Below, piece by piece: positions 29,468 to 39,696 of a stretch of DNA of 64,000 bases (positions within the stretch are counted from its first letter, which is position 1; the number at the start of each line of letters is the position of its first letter). Both the position numbers and the translations under genes were made by a program. The stretch lies in NCBI GenBank assembly GCA_012516125.1, contig JAAYXB010000027.1, positions 10,592 to 74,591 on the forward strand, written 5' to 3'. The notes under the pieces were generated by a model. The model was not told the DNA's origin. It searched no databases and was given only the letters and a program-made list of their open reading frames with translations. The stretch is from Bacillota bacterium (GTDB lineage: Bacteria; Bacillota; SHA-98; UBA4971).

Positions 29468-30049
29468 TCAGCGGCTACGTAAGGCGACAAACGAACGTGT
29501 TGCGAAGGTCCTGGTACCCGAGCCAAGGGAGAGGCTTACCTCCACTCCTGTAGCCTGTGCCGCGTCAGCATAGTCCAACTGGGACCCCGCCTGCACAGGG
29601 GAGCTGTCCGCACCATAATACGTGAAAACGCACGACAGGACATGCGCGCCCTCATGCACAATGGGGAGCCCGTTCCGACGTATGGTACCACCACGAGAAC
29701 TACCGTCGTCCGAAACCGCCAAGCTGAACGCGTACTCGACCTCGTCTCCGCGCTGGTCAACAAGCCTCAGGGTCCTGTCATCGGAGCCATCCAGGACTTG
29801 ACGCGCTCCTCTTACGTCAGTGGTTATCTGTTCCACCACTCTGGACGCTTCCCCTGCCAGGAACATGATGTCCCGGGATATCGCCCAGGCGCGTGCACCG
29901 ACCGTGAGAGCCCCGTATGCGATGCCGAGCACAATTGGGATCACCGCGAGAACCATCGTCACCTCGACCAGCGTCAGCCCACGCTGGTCCAGTCCAAGCC
30001 AATTATGCGAAATCTGTAGAATAACCAGCTTCTCCCCAGTTCTGTTCAC
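29468..30049 (-). CDS. Type IV minor pilin (PilW/ComG-like)
   Basis: Prepilin cleavage motif QRG|LTLVEV followed by a hydrophobic helix. Confidence 0.8.
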   Translation of the reverse strand: MNRTGEKLVILQISHNWLGLDQRGLTLVEVTMVLAVIPIVLGIAYGALTVGARAWAISRDIMFLAGEASRVVEQITTDVRGARQVLDGSDDRTLRLVDQRGDEVEYAFSLAVSDDGSSRGGTIRRNGLPIVHEGAHVLSCVFTYYGADSSPVQAGSQLDYADAAQATGVEVSLSLGSGTRTFATRSFVALRSR

Positions 30050-30165
30050 TTTGCTACGCTCCTCACGCAACCCAAGACCCAGGTATCAGGCGTTCCTTAC
30101 GCGTCTTTCGCTGCCCCAGCCTAGGCCTGAGGAAGCGGTCGGAAGTGCCCTGCGGCCGCTGCCCC

Positions 30166-30630
30166 TCAAAGCCCACCTGCATATACATAGGTACTCAGAC
30201 TCACGAGCAACTTGCCGTACTCAGCTGGCTTGGGCCTTGGATACCGGTGCACACTCACCGTGACGAGCCACAAGCTGTTCGCTCCCGCCGTATCGACGGC
30301 TGTCACAGCCCTGACAACTTCGTACTGGGTGTGCTCGCTGCCCCCTTCTCCTGCGCGGGAAACAACCCACGTGACAGTGCCCGCTTCAAGGTCCTGCGCG
30401 CCCGCGGTCTTGACGTCCTCCATCCATTCACGGGCAAGGTCAGTGACATATGACATCTCATCTGCACGTGCGGCCCCTCCCACGCCCATTCCCAAGACGC
30501 CCATAAGTGGGATGATCGCCGCCGATACGATGACCAGGGCGATGAGCACCTCGATAAGGGTCATGCCCGATGTGCACGAGCCCTTGCTGTGCGGGCCGCT
30601 CCCTGGGCCACCTTGTGGCCCTCCATGCAC
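30166..30630 (-). CDS. Type IV minor pilin (PilV-like)
   Basis: SG|MTLIEVLIALVI motif; start uncertain. Confidence 0.8.
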   Translation of the reverse strand: MHGGPQGGPGSGPHSKGSCTSGMTLIEVLIALVIVSAAIIPLMGVLGMGVGGAARADEMSYVTDLAREWMEDVKTAGAQDLEAGTVTWVVSRAGEGGSEHTQYEVVRAVTAVDTAGANSLWLVTVSVHRYPRPKPAEYGKLLVSLSTYVYAGGL

Positions 30631-30652
30631 GCCGCCGGGTGGAGGGACGCGT

Positions 30653-32044
30653 CTATTCTGCAGACTGGTACGAGCTTCTCCATGTGTCGCGAAGGAGAGA
30701 GAGCCTCGTCTTTCCGCCGGTGAAGTGAGGCGGTTGATTCTCCGGGCGAAGCAGCCCATAATCGTAACGTATGTCATAACGCCCATTTCCTGTGAGATTT
30801 GCATTGCCTCTTATAACAAGGTTCCCCCTCTTAATCTCAAGGGCTCCGCCGCCTTTGTTGAGATTGCCGTTTACCCAGACGACCCCATCAACAGACACAG
30901 TGCTGTGTAGCCCTTGCTGGATGTTCACATTCCCCTTGGCCATGATTGCGGGGAGGTTGTCCTTATGGCCAATCACCACTTCGTCCCTCAGATGAAGATT
31001 CCCTTCACAGAAGGCTCCCCCGAGCAGAGTGCAACCATCACTAAGGGTTGCGTTCCCCCCGGTGTAGAGCGATCCCCCCACTGTCGCTCCCGAGACCTCC
31101 AGGTTGCCGCCATCCAGGTAGACATTGCCCTTTATCTCGCCGCTGATTCCGCCTTGGCGGATGTTAACACCAGCGGACATCTTAACATCACCGTCGATTA
31201 CGCTGTCCGCGTCCCCGATCCCGGACACATTTCCACCCTGAATGCAGACTGACCCGGATATGCGGCCCACTATGGGCCCGTTGATGTTGCTCGATTTGAT
31301 GAGAATGCTGCCAAACACCGGTCCGATGATCCCGTGGGTCACATTGCAGCCACTCAGGTAGACGTCTCCATAAACGGGTCCCACTATGCGGCTGATATTG
31401 GCATTCCTGTAGTAGTGCGGCCCTGACCCGACCGGCCTCACCTCGCCTAGGTTGCCAGAAAGGGGAGGGACACCCGGCGTCACCCATGAGATGTCAGGCT
31501 CAAGCAAGGCACGATACGCGCCCCAGTCAGGACTGGGCACATCCGGTAGCGCGAGACCCGTAACCGGACCGTTCGGACCGCTCGCCGGTTCGACGTTCTC
31601 GACCCGCGGGGGGTTGAGATTCCCGGCTGCGAACACCACGTGTTGCCATGCCTCCGGCGAGCTTTTCGCCGCTACTGAGACCTCGCAGGTGTGCCATCCC
31701 GTGCTGGCGGAGGAACGAACGAGGTATACGGAGGCATCATCGGAGCTCTGGGCACAGCTGACAGTGTAGGCGACGCCGTCTATGCTACCATCAAGATCTG
31801 ATGGGGTGGCCTCCCTGCTATCACAAAGGAAAAGCCACCGGTTGATTCCCGCCTCGGCTGCATAGAGAGCTTTCGCCCTGTCCCGCGCCCAGGTTGACGC
31901 TTTGTAGGCATTCGCTGCGATGGCCATCGCTGCGGCTGCAAGGACTCCGAGCACGGCGACGGCCACGAGCACAGCCAAAAACACCGTGCCGCTCTCCCCC
32001 TTGCTCCGCGGGTGCTCACCGGCGAGCCCGGACACTTGCCTCAC
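30653..32044 (-). CDS. PilX-like minor pilin with a beta-helix-like C-terminal repeat region
   Basis: ESG|TVFLAVL, KALYAAEAGI, repeated G.V.G.V.L.G.N units, terminal W-R. Confidence 0.75.
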   Translation of the reverse strand: MRQVSGLAGEHPRSKGESGTVFLAVLVAVAVLGVLAAAAMAIAANAYKASTWARDRAKALYAAEAGINRWLFLCDSREATPSDLDGSIDGVAYTVSCAQSSDDASVYLVRSSASTGWHTCEVSVAAKSSPEAWQHVVFAAGNLNPPRVENVEPASGPNGPVTGLALPDVPSPDWGAYRALLEPDISWVTPGVPPLSGNLGEVRPVGSGPHYYRNANISRIVGPVYGDVYLSGCNVTHGIIGPVFGSILIKSSNINGPIVGRISGSVCIQGGNVSGIGDADSVIDGDVKMSAGVNIRQGGISGEIKGNVYLDGGNLEVSGATVGGSLYTGGNATLSDGCTLLGGAFCEGNLHLRDEVVIGHKDNLPAIMAKGNVNIQQGLHSTVSVDGVVWVNGNLNKGGGALEIKRGNLVIRGNANLTGNGRYDIRYDYGLLRPENQPPHFTGGKTRLSLLRDTWRSSYQSAE

Positions 32045-32311
32045 TCCTCTCGTCCCTGCTCAAGAACCATCTCCCACATCGGATCCGTGCCCCCACTTCT
32101 CCAACCTTCAGCAGTTCCAGCCGTGCCAGCCTAGCCACGATCGAACACCGATGTTAATGTCGAATTATTCGCTAACGGTCGGCGATTTCCTGCAAACAGG
32201 TTACGTATTCATCAGTTGCATGATGCCTGTGACAGGCCTGGCGAGTCTCGGGGAATACTTACTGAAGCAAGGAATCAGAAGTTGTACCGTCCGAGGAGGT
32301 CTTTGAGAAGC

Positions 32312-33526
32312 ATGGCAGTCGTGGTAGTTGTGGGCGCGGGAACTGGGGGGCTCACAGCCGCGATAACCCTGCGCAAGGGGCTTGCGCGGGAGCATGAGGT
32401 GGCGGTGGTGGAGCGCGAGATGGTTCAGGGGTTCTACCCGTCCCTCCTTTGGGTACTCGAGGGCCGGCGGACGCCGAAGGACATCACGAGGAGCCTGGAC
32501 GCCGTCAGGCGGCGAGGTATCACGCTCGTCCACGACACCGTTCAGGACGTTGACATGGTGCGCCGCCTCGTGAAATGCGAGCGAGAGCAGGTGCCCTATG
32601 ACTTCCTGGTCCTGGCGCCAGGGGCAGACCACGCTCCTGAACGCGTCCCGGGCCTGGTGGACGCGCCTGCGCACCCGATGGCGTCGGGGTCGGCCCGGAC
32701 ACCGGGGCCGGTGTTCAACCTTTTCTCTATTGAAGGCATCCTCGGTCTACGCGGAGCCCTGGAGACGGCCGAACGTGGGGACATCCTCGTAGTCGCGCCG
32801 GCTGGTCCGTACAAGTGCCCGCCGGTGCCCGTCGAAACAGCCATGATCCTCGACCGCGTTCTGCGCAGGGCGGGCAAGCGAAAGAGGTTCTCGATAAGCG
32901 TGTTTTCGCCAGAGACCCTGCCTTTCGAGGCTGCGGGCACCGCCGTGGGCAGGACAGCGGTGCAAGCGATGGCGCGTCGCGAGGTGTCATACCACGGGGA
33001 CTGGCACCTGGAGAGCGTGGATCGGGACCGCAGGGTGGCCGTGTTCACCGAGGGCCGTGTGGCATACGACATACTTGTCTTCATCCCGCCGATCCGGGTT
33101 CCCGACTTCGTAAAGCAGGCTGGCCTCTCCTCGGGCAAGGACGAGTTTGTGAGGGTGGACCCGCACTATCTCTCGCTGTCAACCGTGGACAACCCGAGGG
33201 GTGGAGAGGATCGGGTCTTCGCCATTGGGGACGTCACCAATATTCCGATGCCGCGCGGCGGGTCTATCCCGAAATCAGGCGCCGTCGCTCACCTGCAGTC
33301 CCTCGTGGTTGCGGGGAATATCGCCGCGCTCGTGCGCGGCAAGGCTCCCAGAAGACGTTTCTCGGGCCTTGCCATGTGTGTGGTCGAGATGGGGGACCTT
33401 CCCCCGGTCACGATCGTCGGCAATTTCTTCTCACAGTCACGCGATTTCAGGGTTCTGCCGCGCCTGCGGGCCTTTATTACCGTCAAGCAACTCGTTGAGC
33501 GAAACTGGCTTCGCGAACGACAGTAG
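32312..33526 (+). CDS. FAD-dependent oxidoreductase, sulfide:quinone oxidoreductase/FCSD-like
   Basis: VVVVGAGTGG, YDFLVLAPG, YKCPPVPVE, VFAIGD, PKSG and C-terminal CVVEMG. Confidence 0.8.
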   Translation: MAVVVVVGAGTGGLTAAITLRKGLAREHEVAVVEREMVQGFYPSLLWVLEGRRTPKDITRSLDAVRRRGITLVHDTVQDVDMVRRLVKCEREQVPYDFLVLAPGADHAPERVPGLVDAPAHPMASGSARTPGPVFNLFSIEGILGLRGALETAERGDILVVAPAGPYKCPPVPVETAMILDRVLRRAGKRKRFSISVFSPETLPFEAAGTAVGRTAVQAMARREVSYHGDWHLESVDRDRRVAVFTEGRVAYDILVFIPPIRVPDFVKQAGLSSGKDEFVRVDPHYLSLSTVDNPRGGEDRVFAIGDVTNIPMPRGGSIPKSGAVAHLQSLVVAGNIAALVRGKAPRRRFSGLAMCVVEMGDLPPVTIVGNFFSQSRDFRVLPRLRAFITVKQLVERNWLRERQ

Positions 33527-33547
33527 ACTACCGGAATCTCACACTCC

Positions 33548-34330
33548 TTACGGTGACACCGCGGCCGCGCTCCCCTGCCCTGCCTGCGCGGGCCGGCGAC
33601 CTGCGGCAGGCCTGCGCCCCATCCCAAGATACGCCTGCTGGACCCTGGGGTCCTGCCGGAGATCTCGCGACGGGCCGGCGAGCACGATCCGCCCGGTCTC
33701 GAGCACATAGGCCCTGTGCGCGACACGCAGCGCAATCCTCGCGTTCTGCTCGACGAGCAGGATGGTCACGCCCTGCCGGTTGATCTCCCGGATGGTGCGG
33801 AAGATTTCCTGCACCAGCTTGGGCGCAAGCCCCAGCGACGGCTCGTCCAGAAGAAGCACCTTCGGGTCAGCCATGAGGCCCCGGGCGATGGCGAGCATCT
33901 GCTGTTCGCCTCCCGACAGCGTCCCAGCGAGCTGGCCGCGGCGCTCGGCGAGCCTCGGGAACAGCCGGTACGCCCGCTCGCGCCCCGCCCGCACCCGGGC
34001 AGAGTCCCGGCGGTACTTGTAGGCTCCCAGGTTGAGGTTCTCCTCAACCGTGAGCGTGGCGAAGACGCGGCGCCCCTCGGGCACGTGCGCGACTCCAAGC
34101 TCCACTATTCTGTGCGCCGGCAGAGATTGAATCTCCTGACCGCCCAGCCGGATTCGCCCGGCACGCGGGCGCAAGAGTCCGGAGATGGCCCGAAGGGTTG
34201 TGGTCTTGCCCGCGCCGTTGGCCCCGAGGAGGGTTACGGTCTCTCCTTCCTCGAGGCTGAGGCTGATGCCCTTCACGGCCTCGACGTTTCCGTATGATAT
34301 GTGGACGTCTTCAAGCTCAAGCAGGCTCAT
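33548..34330 (-). CDS. livF: LIV ABC ATPase LivF
   Basis: GANGAGKTT, LSGGEQQML and DEPSLGLAP. Confidence 0.95.
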   Translation of the reverse strand: MSLLELEDVHISYGNVEAVKGISLSLEEGETVTLLGANGAGKTTTLRAISGLLRPRAGRIRLGGQEIQSLPAHRIVELGVAHVPEGRRVFATLTVEENLNLGAYKYRRDSARVRAGRERAYRLFPRLAERRGQLAGTLSGGEQQMLAIARGLMADPKVLLLDEPSLGLAPKLVQEIFRTIREINRQGVTILLVEQNARIALRVAHRAYVLETGRIVLAGPSRDLRQDPRVQQAYLGMGRRPAAGRRPAQAGQGSAAAVSP

Positions 34331-35333
34331 GCCAATCCGTCCTTACGCGACCGGCATCACCGCCACCGCCGGATCCGGTGTTACCGGTCTTGCCGGTCTG
34401 TTCAGTCTCGGTCATGCTGGACTCGTTGGACTCTCCCGTCTTGTCGGCCTCATCCATCTCGTCGGTGTCGTCCTCGGTTCCAAGGTACGCCTCCACCACG
34501 CGGGGGTCCTGCTGGACCTCCTCGGGGGTGCCTTCGCTGATCTTCTGTCCGTTGTCCATAACGGCAACGAGGTCAGATACTCCCATGACCACCTGCATAT
34601 CATGCTCGATGAGAAAGACCGTGATCCCTGACTCCCTGATCTCCTCGATGAGGTCCATGAGCCCGGCCGTTTCTTCCTCGTTTAGGCCGCCGGCAGGCTC
34701 ATCCAGGATGAGGAGACGCGGCCTCGTGGCGAGGGCTCGCGCTATCTCGAGCCGCCTCCGGTTGCCGTACGGCAGGTTGCGCGCAAGCTCATCGCGGCAT
34801 CCCCACAGGCCCATCTGGCGAAGGCAGCGCTCAGCCTCGTTCCTCATGCGCTCCTCCTCCCTGCGCTGGCCCGCGGTCCTGAAGATCGATGCCGCCACCC
34901 CTGCCCGGCCTCTGCAGTGTTGGCCTGAGAGGACGTTTTCGAAGCATGTCAGGTTCTCGAAGAGCCGGAGCGTCTGGAAGGTGCGCGCGATGCCCGCCTC
35001 TGCAACCTGGTGCGGCAGCTTGCCGACAAGCTCGCGCCCGGCAAACGTAATCCTCCCCCCATCCGGGCGGTAGATGCCTGTGATGAGGTTGAACACGGTT
35101 GTCTTCCCAGCGCCGTTCGGCCCAATGAGGCTTGTGATGCTGCCCTCGCGCACGTCAAGGTCGAAGGCGTCCACGGCGCGGAGCCCGCCGAATCGCTTGC
35201 TCACTCCCCTCAACTGGAGAAGGATCCCGTTGTCTGCTCCCTGCTTGCCGTGGTCGCCGTGCGCACTGTGTGCGCTGTGGTGAGCACTGCACGTACCGCT
35301 GGCTGTGCCTTCACTGCCCGCGCCGGTTATCAC
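34317..35333 (-). CDS. livG: LIV ABC ATPase LivG
   Basis: GPNGAGKTT, LPYGNRRRLEIARALA and IEHDM. Confidence 0.95.
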   Translation of the reverse strand: MITGAGSEGTASGTCSAHHSAHSAHGDHGKQGADNGILLQLRGVSKRFGGLRAVDAFDLDVREGSITSLIGPNGAGKTTVFNLITGIYRPDGGRITFAGRELVGKLPHQVAEAGIARTFQTLRLFENLTCFENVLSGQHCRGRAGVAASIFRTAGQRREEERMRNEAERCLRQMGLWGCRDELARNLPYGNRRRLEIARALATRPRLLILDEPAGGLNEEETAGLMDLIEEIRESGITVFLIEHDMQVVMGVSDLVAVMDNGQKISEGTPEEVQQDPRVVEAYLGTEDDTDEMDEADKTGESNESSMTETEQTGKTGNTGSGGGGDAGRVRTDWHEPA

Positions 35334-36355
35334 TCGCTTTCACCTTCCTGCAGCTTCGTCGTCCAGCGCTTGCTGGGCCAGAGCCCCTGAGGACGGAAGA
35401 TCATCATGAGCGCCATGGCGGCGCCGAAGAATAACATGCGGTACTGGGCGAAGTTCCGGAGGATCTCAGGGAGCACCAGCATAGCCGCGGATCCGAGGAC
35501 CACGCCGGGGATCGATCCCATGCCCCCCAGAACCACGATGCAGAACAGTATTACCGACTCCATGAATGTGAAGCTTTCGGGCGATATGACCACCAGCTTG
35601 GCGGCGAAGATGGTCCCCGTCGCGCCCGCAAGGCCTGCCCCGAGGGTGAACGCCAGGAGCTTGGCCGACCGAACATCTATGCCCATGGCCTCGGCCGCCA
35701 CCTCATCCTCCCGGATGCAGTTCCACGCGCGGCCGATGCGTGAGCGCTGCAACCGCACAAGGGCGAACATGCTTGCCGCGACGCACGCCCAGACCAGATA
35801 GTAGAAGTGCATGGGCTTCTGTATCACAAGCCCGAATACCCGGAACTGGTCCAGCATGATGATGCCGTTGGGGCCGCCCGTGAGCCCCCAGGGGTTGTTG
35901 AGGAGGCTGATGCGGATCATCTCGTTGAGGCCTATCGTCACGATGAGGAGGTAGTCCCCTCGAAGGTGGATGATGGGGCGCGCCAGCACGTAACCGGCAA
36001 GCCCGGCCACGACCCCGCTCAGCGGCAAGAGCAGCCAGAGTGAGATCCCGAAGTGTCCGCTCAAGATGGCCGTCGTGTATGACCCGATGGCGAAAAAGGC
36101 CATGTGACCCATGTCGAAAAGGCCGACTTCGCCAACTATGATGTTCAGGCTGAGGCCGAGAAGCACGTAGATGCCCCAGAAGACGGCGACATCGATCCAG
36201 TAGTCGCTCGCAACCATTGGGAAGACCATCGCAGCTATAGCGACGGCTCCTACCGCCCAGCCCGAGTAGCGGCCGACAAGTCCAAGTCCGGACGCTCCGG
36301 ATACCGATCTATGGCGTCCCGGTGCAGGCCCGGGTCCGAGACGCAACAATGCCAC
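35330..36355 (-). CDS. livM: LIV permease LivM
   Basis: LRGDYLLIVTIG and IREDEVAAEAMG. Confidence 0.93.
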   Translation of the reverse strand: MALLRLGPGPAPGRHRSVSGASGLGLVGRYSGWAVGAVAIAAMVFPMVASDYWIDVAVFWGIYVLLGLSLNIIVGEVGLFDMGHMAFFAIGSYTTAILSGHFGISLWLLLPLSGVVAGLAGYVLARPIIHLRGDYLLIVTIGLNEMIRISLLNNPWGLTGGPNGIIMLDQFRVFGLVIQKPMHFYYLVWACVAASMFALVRLQRSRIGRAWNCIREDEVAAEAMGIDVRSAKLLAFTLGAGLAGATGTIFAAKLVVISPESFTFMESVILFCIVVLGGMGSIPGVVLGSAAMLVLPEILRNFAQYRMLFFGAAMALMMIFRPQGLWPSKRWTTKLQEGESE

Positions 36356-36551
36356 GTTCTACGCTCCTCCCCTACTTGAACTTGCTAAGACTGCCGGGGC
36401 TCTTCTCTGCCTCCTACCCTTCTCCTGAGCCTGCCGCCACTTTCCTGCTCCGTCCCGATGAACCGCGCCGAGCCCGCCGAACCCACCACGACTGGATACG
36501 GTCGAACCCGCGCTAGCAGTGAGGACCCCGCGCCAGCAATCAGGACCCGTC

Positions 36552-37457
36552 CTAGACCTTTTCGGCGACGCGTTCGCCCAGCAGGCCGGTAGGCCGGAAG
36601 ATGAGAAGCAGAATCAGGATGAGAAACACGAACACGTCCTTCCACGCGGCCGAGATGTAGCCTGCTCCAAGCATCTCCAGAATTCCTAGCAGCAGGCCAC
36701 CCACCATGGCTCCTGGTATGTTCCCGATACCCCCGAGGATTGCCGCGGTGAAGGCTTTCAGGCCATACGACCACCCGACCGTGAAGTGAATCTGCCGGTA
36801 GTACAGCCCGAGCAGCACCCCCGCCACCGCGCCGAGCCCGGGCCCGATGACAAAGATGAGCCGGATGATCTGGTCCACGTCGATGCCCATGAGCCTTGCG
36901 GTGTCGTGGTCGATGGCCGTGGCCCGGATGGCCGCCCCCGCTGTCGTGCGCTGGACGAAAAGGTACAGGCCTGCCATCAAAAGAATAGACACCACCAGGA
37001 TGAGCACCTGCATGAACCCTATGTGGACGGCGCCGATCTCCCACCGCAGATCAGGGACAGCCCACGGAGGATACGCTCGGTAGCGCGGACCCCAGATGAG
37101 CATGGCCGCGTTCTGCAGGAAGATCGAAACCCCCATGGCGGACACAACGGCCGTCAGGCGATTTGACCGACGAAGTGGGCGGTAGGCTGCACGCTCTACC
37201 AGCACTCCGAGGACAGCGATCCCCATGGCTGACACAATCACTGTCACGATGAGCGCGGCCCACAGGGGCAGGGCACTACCCACAAATGTGCTCACGAGCA
37301 GAGTGAACCCGAGGTATGATCCTAGCATGAAGAAGTCGCCGTGGGCGAAGTTGATGAGCCGCATCACGCCGTAGACCATCGTGTAGCCCAGCGCGACCAG
37401 GGCGTACACTGCCCCTACCGTGAGACCGTTGACGAGCTGTTCTATAAACAAAGCCAT
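36552..37457 (-). CDS. livH: LIV permease LivH
   Basis: NGLTVGAVYALVALG and INFAHGD. Confidence 0.93.
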   Translation of the reverse strand: MALFIEQLVNGLTVGAVYALVALGYTMVYGVMRLINFAHGDFFMLGSYLGFTLLVSTFVGSALPLWAALIVTVIVSAMGIAVLGVLVERAAYRPLRRSNRLTAVVSAMGVSIFLQNAAMLIWGPRYRAYPPWAVPDLRWEIGAVHIGFMQVLILVVSILLMAGLYLFVQRTTAGAAIRATAIDHDTARLMGIDVDQIIRLIFVIGPGLGAVAGVLLGLYYRQIHFTVGWSYGLKAFTAAILGGIGNIPGAMVGGLLLGILEMLGAGYISAAWKDVFVFLILILLLIFRPTGLLGERVAEKV

Positions 37458-37585
37458 ACCTTCGGCACGGAGACCCCGCCTTGCGGGCGGGCCTCCGTGC
37501 CGCCACCTCCATTCCGGATGCCATGTCTTAGGGCGCGGACAACCTGCCCTCTAGGCCGCGCGCCCGGTGCCAGGGACGCCTGGCG

Positions 37586-38743
37586 TCACGGCTGGTATGG
37601 CTTGAACTTCCCGTCAGCGGTCACCTCGTACGCCAGGTAGATCGCTCCTTCACGGTCACCTGCGTCATCAAACGAAATGGGGCCGGTAATGCCGGGGAGG
37701 TCCTTCATCTTGTGCCGGATGTAATCGGCGAGAACCTTCGAATCAGTGGACTTTGTCGCCTCGATGGCGGCAGCGATGACCTTGAGCGCGTCTGCCGCAT
37801 AAACAGGCCAGGGGCTGCTCGGCGGCGCCTTATGGCGACGTATGTACTCGTCGAGGAAAGGCTTCGCTTCAGCATAGCGCAGGTCGGTCGGCATGGGCTC
37901 CTGCGTCATCAGGGCGCCCTTCGCTATCTCTAGGCCGGCGATGCTCATGAACTCGGCGTTGATCGCCGCGTTGCCGCCCACGAAAACTGCCTTGCTCCCG
38001 AGGTCTCTCATCTGCCTGATGATGAGGCCTGCCTCTGGGTAGTAGCCCGTGTAGTACACCACCTCAGGCTTGGTGGCCTGCATGCGGCTGAGGACGGGCG
38101 TGAAGTCTCTCTCGCCCGGAGTCACGGCGTCGTAGAACACGATCTCCGCCTTCTTCGCCTGCTCGAGCGAGCGACGCGCCGCCTCAGCGAGCCCTTTTGC
38201 GAACGTGGTATTATCATGCAGGATGGCCACCCTCTTGAGCTTGAGGGTGTCGTTCACGAGCTGCGCGAAGAAAGCGCCCTGGCGGTCGTCGCGGAAGCAC
38301 GTGCGGAAGAAGAACTTCCACCCGTGGGCCGTGAGCTGCTCCGCCGTGGACCCGTATGCGATGTTGAGAAGCCCCGCCCTCTCGTAAATCGTCGCTGACG
38401 GCTCATTTACGGACGAGCCATAAGTGCCTATCACCGCGACCACTTTCTCGCTCAGCATACGCTGCGCGACCAGCGCGCTCTGTTTGGGGCTGCACTGGTC
38501 GTCGCCGGGGACGATCTCGATTGGACGTCCCAGGACACCACCTTTCGCGTTGATTTCGTCCGCCACGATCTGGACGCAGTTCAGCGCCATTTCACCTTCA
38601 TACGCCCACTGCCCAGTGATCGGCGCCTGGAGGCCTATGCGGATTGGCTCTTTCGCGGCGAACGCCAAGGTTCCCAGCCCCAGCCCCAGCCCAAGAACCA
38701 TCACCAGAAAGACAAGACACAATCTCGACCGACAACCTCTCAC
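37586..38743 (-). CDS. LIV substrate-binding protein
   Basis: Signal peptide, IRIGLQAPITG and FFRTCFRDDRQG. Confidence 0.92.
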   Translation of the reverse strand: MRGCRSRLCLVFLVMVLGLGLGLGTLAFAAKEPIRIGLQAPITGQWAYEGEMALNCVQIVADEINAKGGVLGRPIEIVPGDDQCSPKQSALVAQRMLSEKVVAVIGTYGSSVNEPSATIYERAGLLNIAYGSTAEQLTAHGWKFFFRTCFRDDRQGAFFAQLVNDTLKLKRVAILHDNTTFAKGLAEAARRSLEQAKKAEIVFYDAVTPGERDFTPVLSRMQATKPEVVYYTGYYPEAGLIIRQMRDLGSKAVFVGGNAAINAEFMSIAGLEIAKGALMTQEPMPTDLRYAEAKPFLDEYIRRHKAPPSSPWPVYAADALKVIAAAIEATKSTDSKVLADYIRHKMKDLPGITGPISFDDAGDREGAIYLAYEVTADGKFKPYQP

Positions 38744-39058
38744 TTCTCAAGCACCTCCTGTCGATCCTTTCCTTCCGCCGAGGCCCGCGTGTGTTCATCC
38801 GCCCCATCGGGTTCTCGCGCCTTCGATGGACTTCTTGTCTGGGTACCCCTCCGGATACGCACGCTTCCTCCGCGGAGGCGATATCACGCATAATAATTCG
38901 TCCTGTCCCGGGCCAGTCCTCCTTCTTTATGGCCATTCTGTGAGAGGATTTTGCGCCGCCGGCAGCTTTGACCGCCGTTCGAGCGGAGCGCCCAGGCGGC
39001 GCGCGGCCACATCCACTATGCGCGGCGTACCAGCGTACCCCGGCCCAAATCCCGGGAG

Positions 39059-39235
39059 CTAAGTGAGGGTGCGTCGATTCTTGTCCGTTTTCCAGTGGTC
39101 GTGGGTTGCCGGTGATTGCACGAGGGGTCTCAAAATCCGGCCACCTGCCCGACGGGCCGGATTTTGGCGAAGCGCGCCCCCTGGGGCGCCGTCCCCGAGT
39201 GCAACAACCGGCAACCCGGCAACCCGGCAACTAAA
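39059..39235 (+). repeat. MITE-like repeat copy (left end and internal part)
   Basis: CTAAGTGAGGGTGCGTC is identical to 45843-45859; similarity continues to GGGTTGCCGGTG..TTGCAC; the internal part is shared with 1828-1895. Confidence 0.7.
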
Positions 39236-39241
39236 GGCGCC

Positions 39242-39440
39242 CTGGTCACGAGGGGACCAGGGCGTATGATAAGCTGGTCCCCAGAGGACCATCTTCGCGC
39301 GGGATCTGATCCCGGGTGCTCCACCTTTCCTGGTTTCAACGAGAGAGCGCGGGAGGGGAGGTCCCCAGAGGACCAGATTGCGTGCCGGGCTGGTTCCCAC
39401 GGGACCAGGTCTGCCCGCAGCCTGGTCCTCGGAGGACCAC
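39242..39440. repeat. Phased array of six TGGTC-N7-GACCA palindromes
   Basis: Units start at 39242, 39274, 39306 (degenerate), 39358, 39390 and 39422; spacing 32, 32, 52, 32, 32. Confidence 0.8.
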
Positions 39441-39611
39441 CTGTACCCTGGCTGCTGGCCAGCGCATGCGCGCGTGTGAACACCCAGCATTGAACCTAAA
39501 GAAGGGGCAACGGGCGTGACCGACCAGGCGTCGTTCCTAAATCCGTTCCCAAGCTGGCGACGGGAGGCATCTACTATGAGAGACCGGAGAACAAAACCGC
39601 TGCTAAATGGC

Positions 39612-39696
39612 TGGTGCGAGAGGAGGGACTTGAACCCTCACGGGGGTTACCCACCAGATCCTAAGTCTGGCGCGTCTGCCGTTCCGCCACTCTCGC
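39612..39696 (-). tRNA. tRNA-Leu(TAG)
   Basis: GCGAGAG acceptor, CCAGA-CT-TAG-GA-TCTGG anticodon arm, long variable arm, TTCAA T-loop and encoded CCA. Confidence 0.97.

Noticed and set aside
39242-39440. Palindrome array as CRISPR or TIGR
   Set aside because: Linkers are only 13 nt, the repeat centre is variable, and no cas or Nop-domain gene is nearby.
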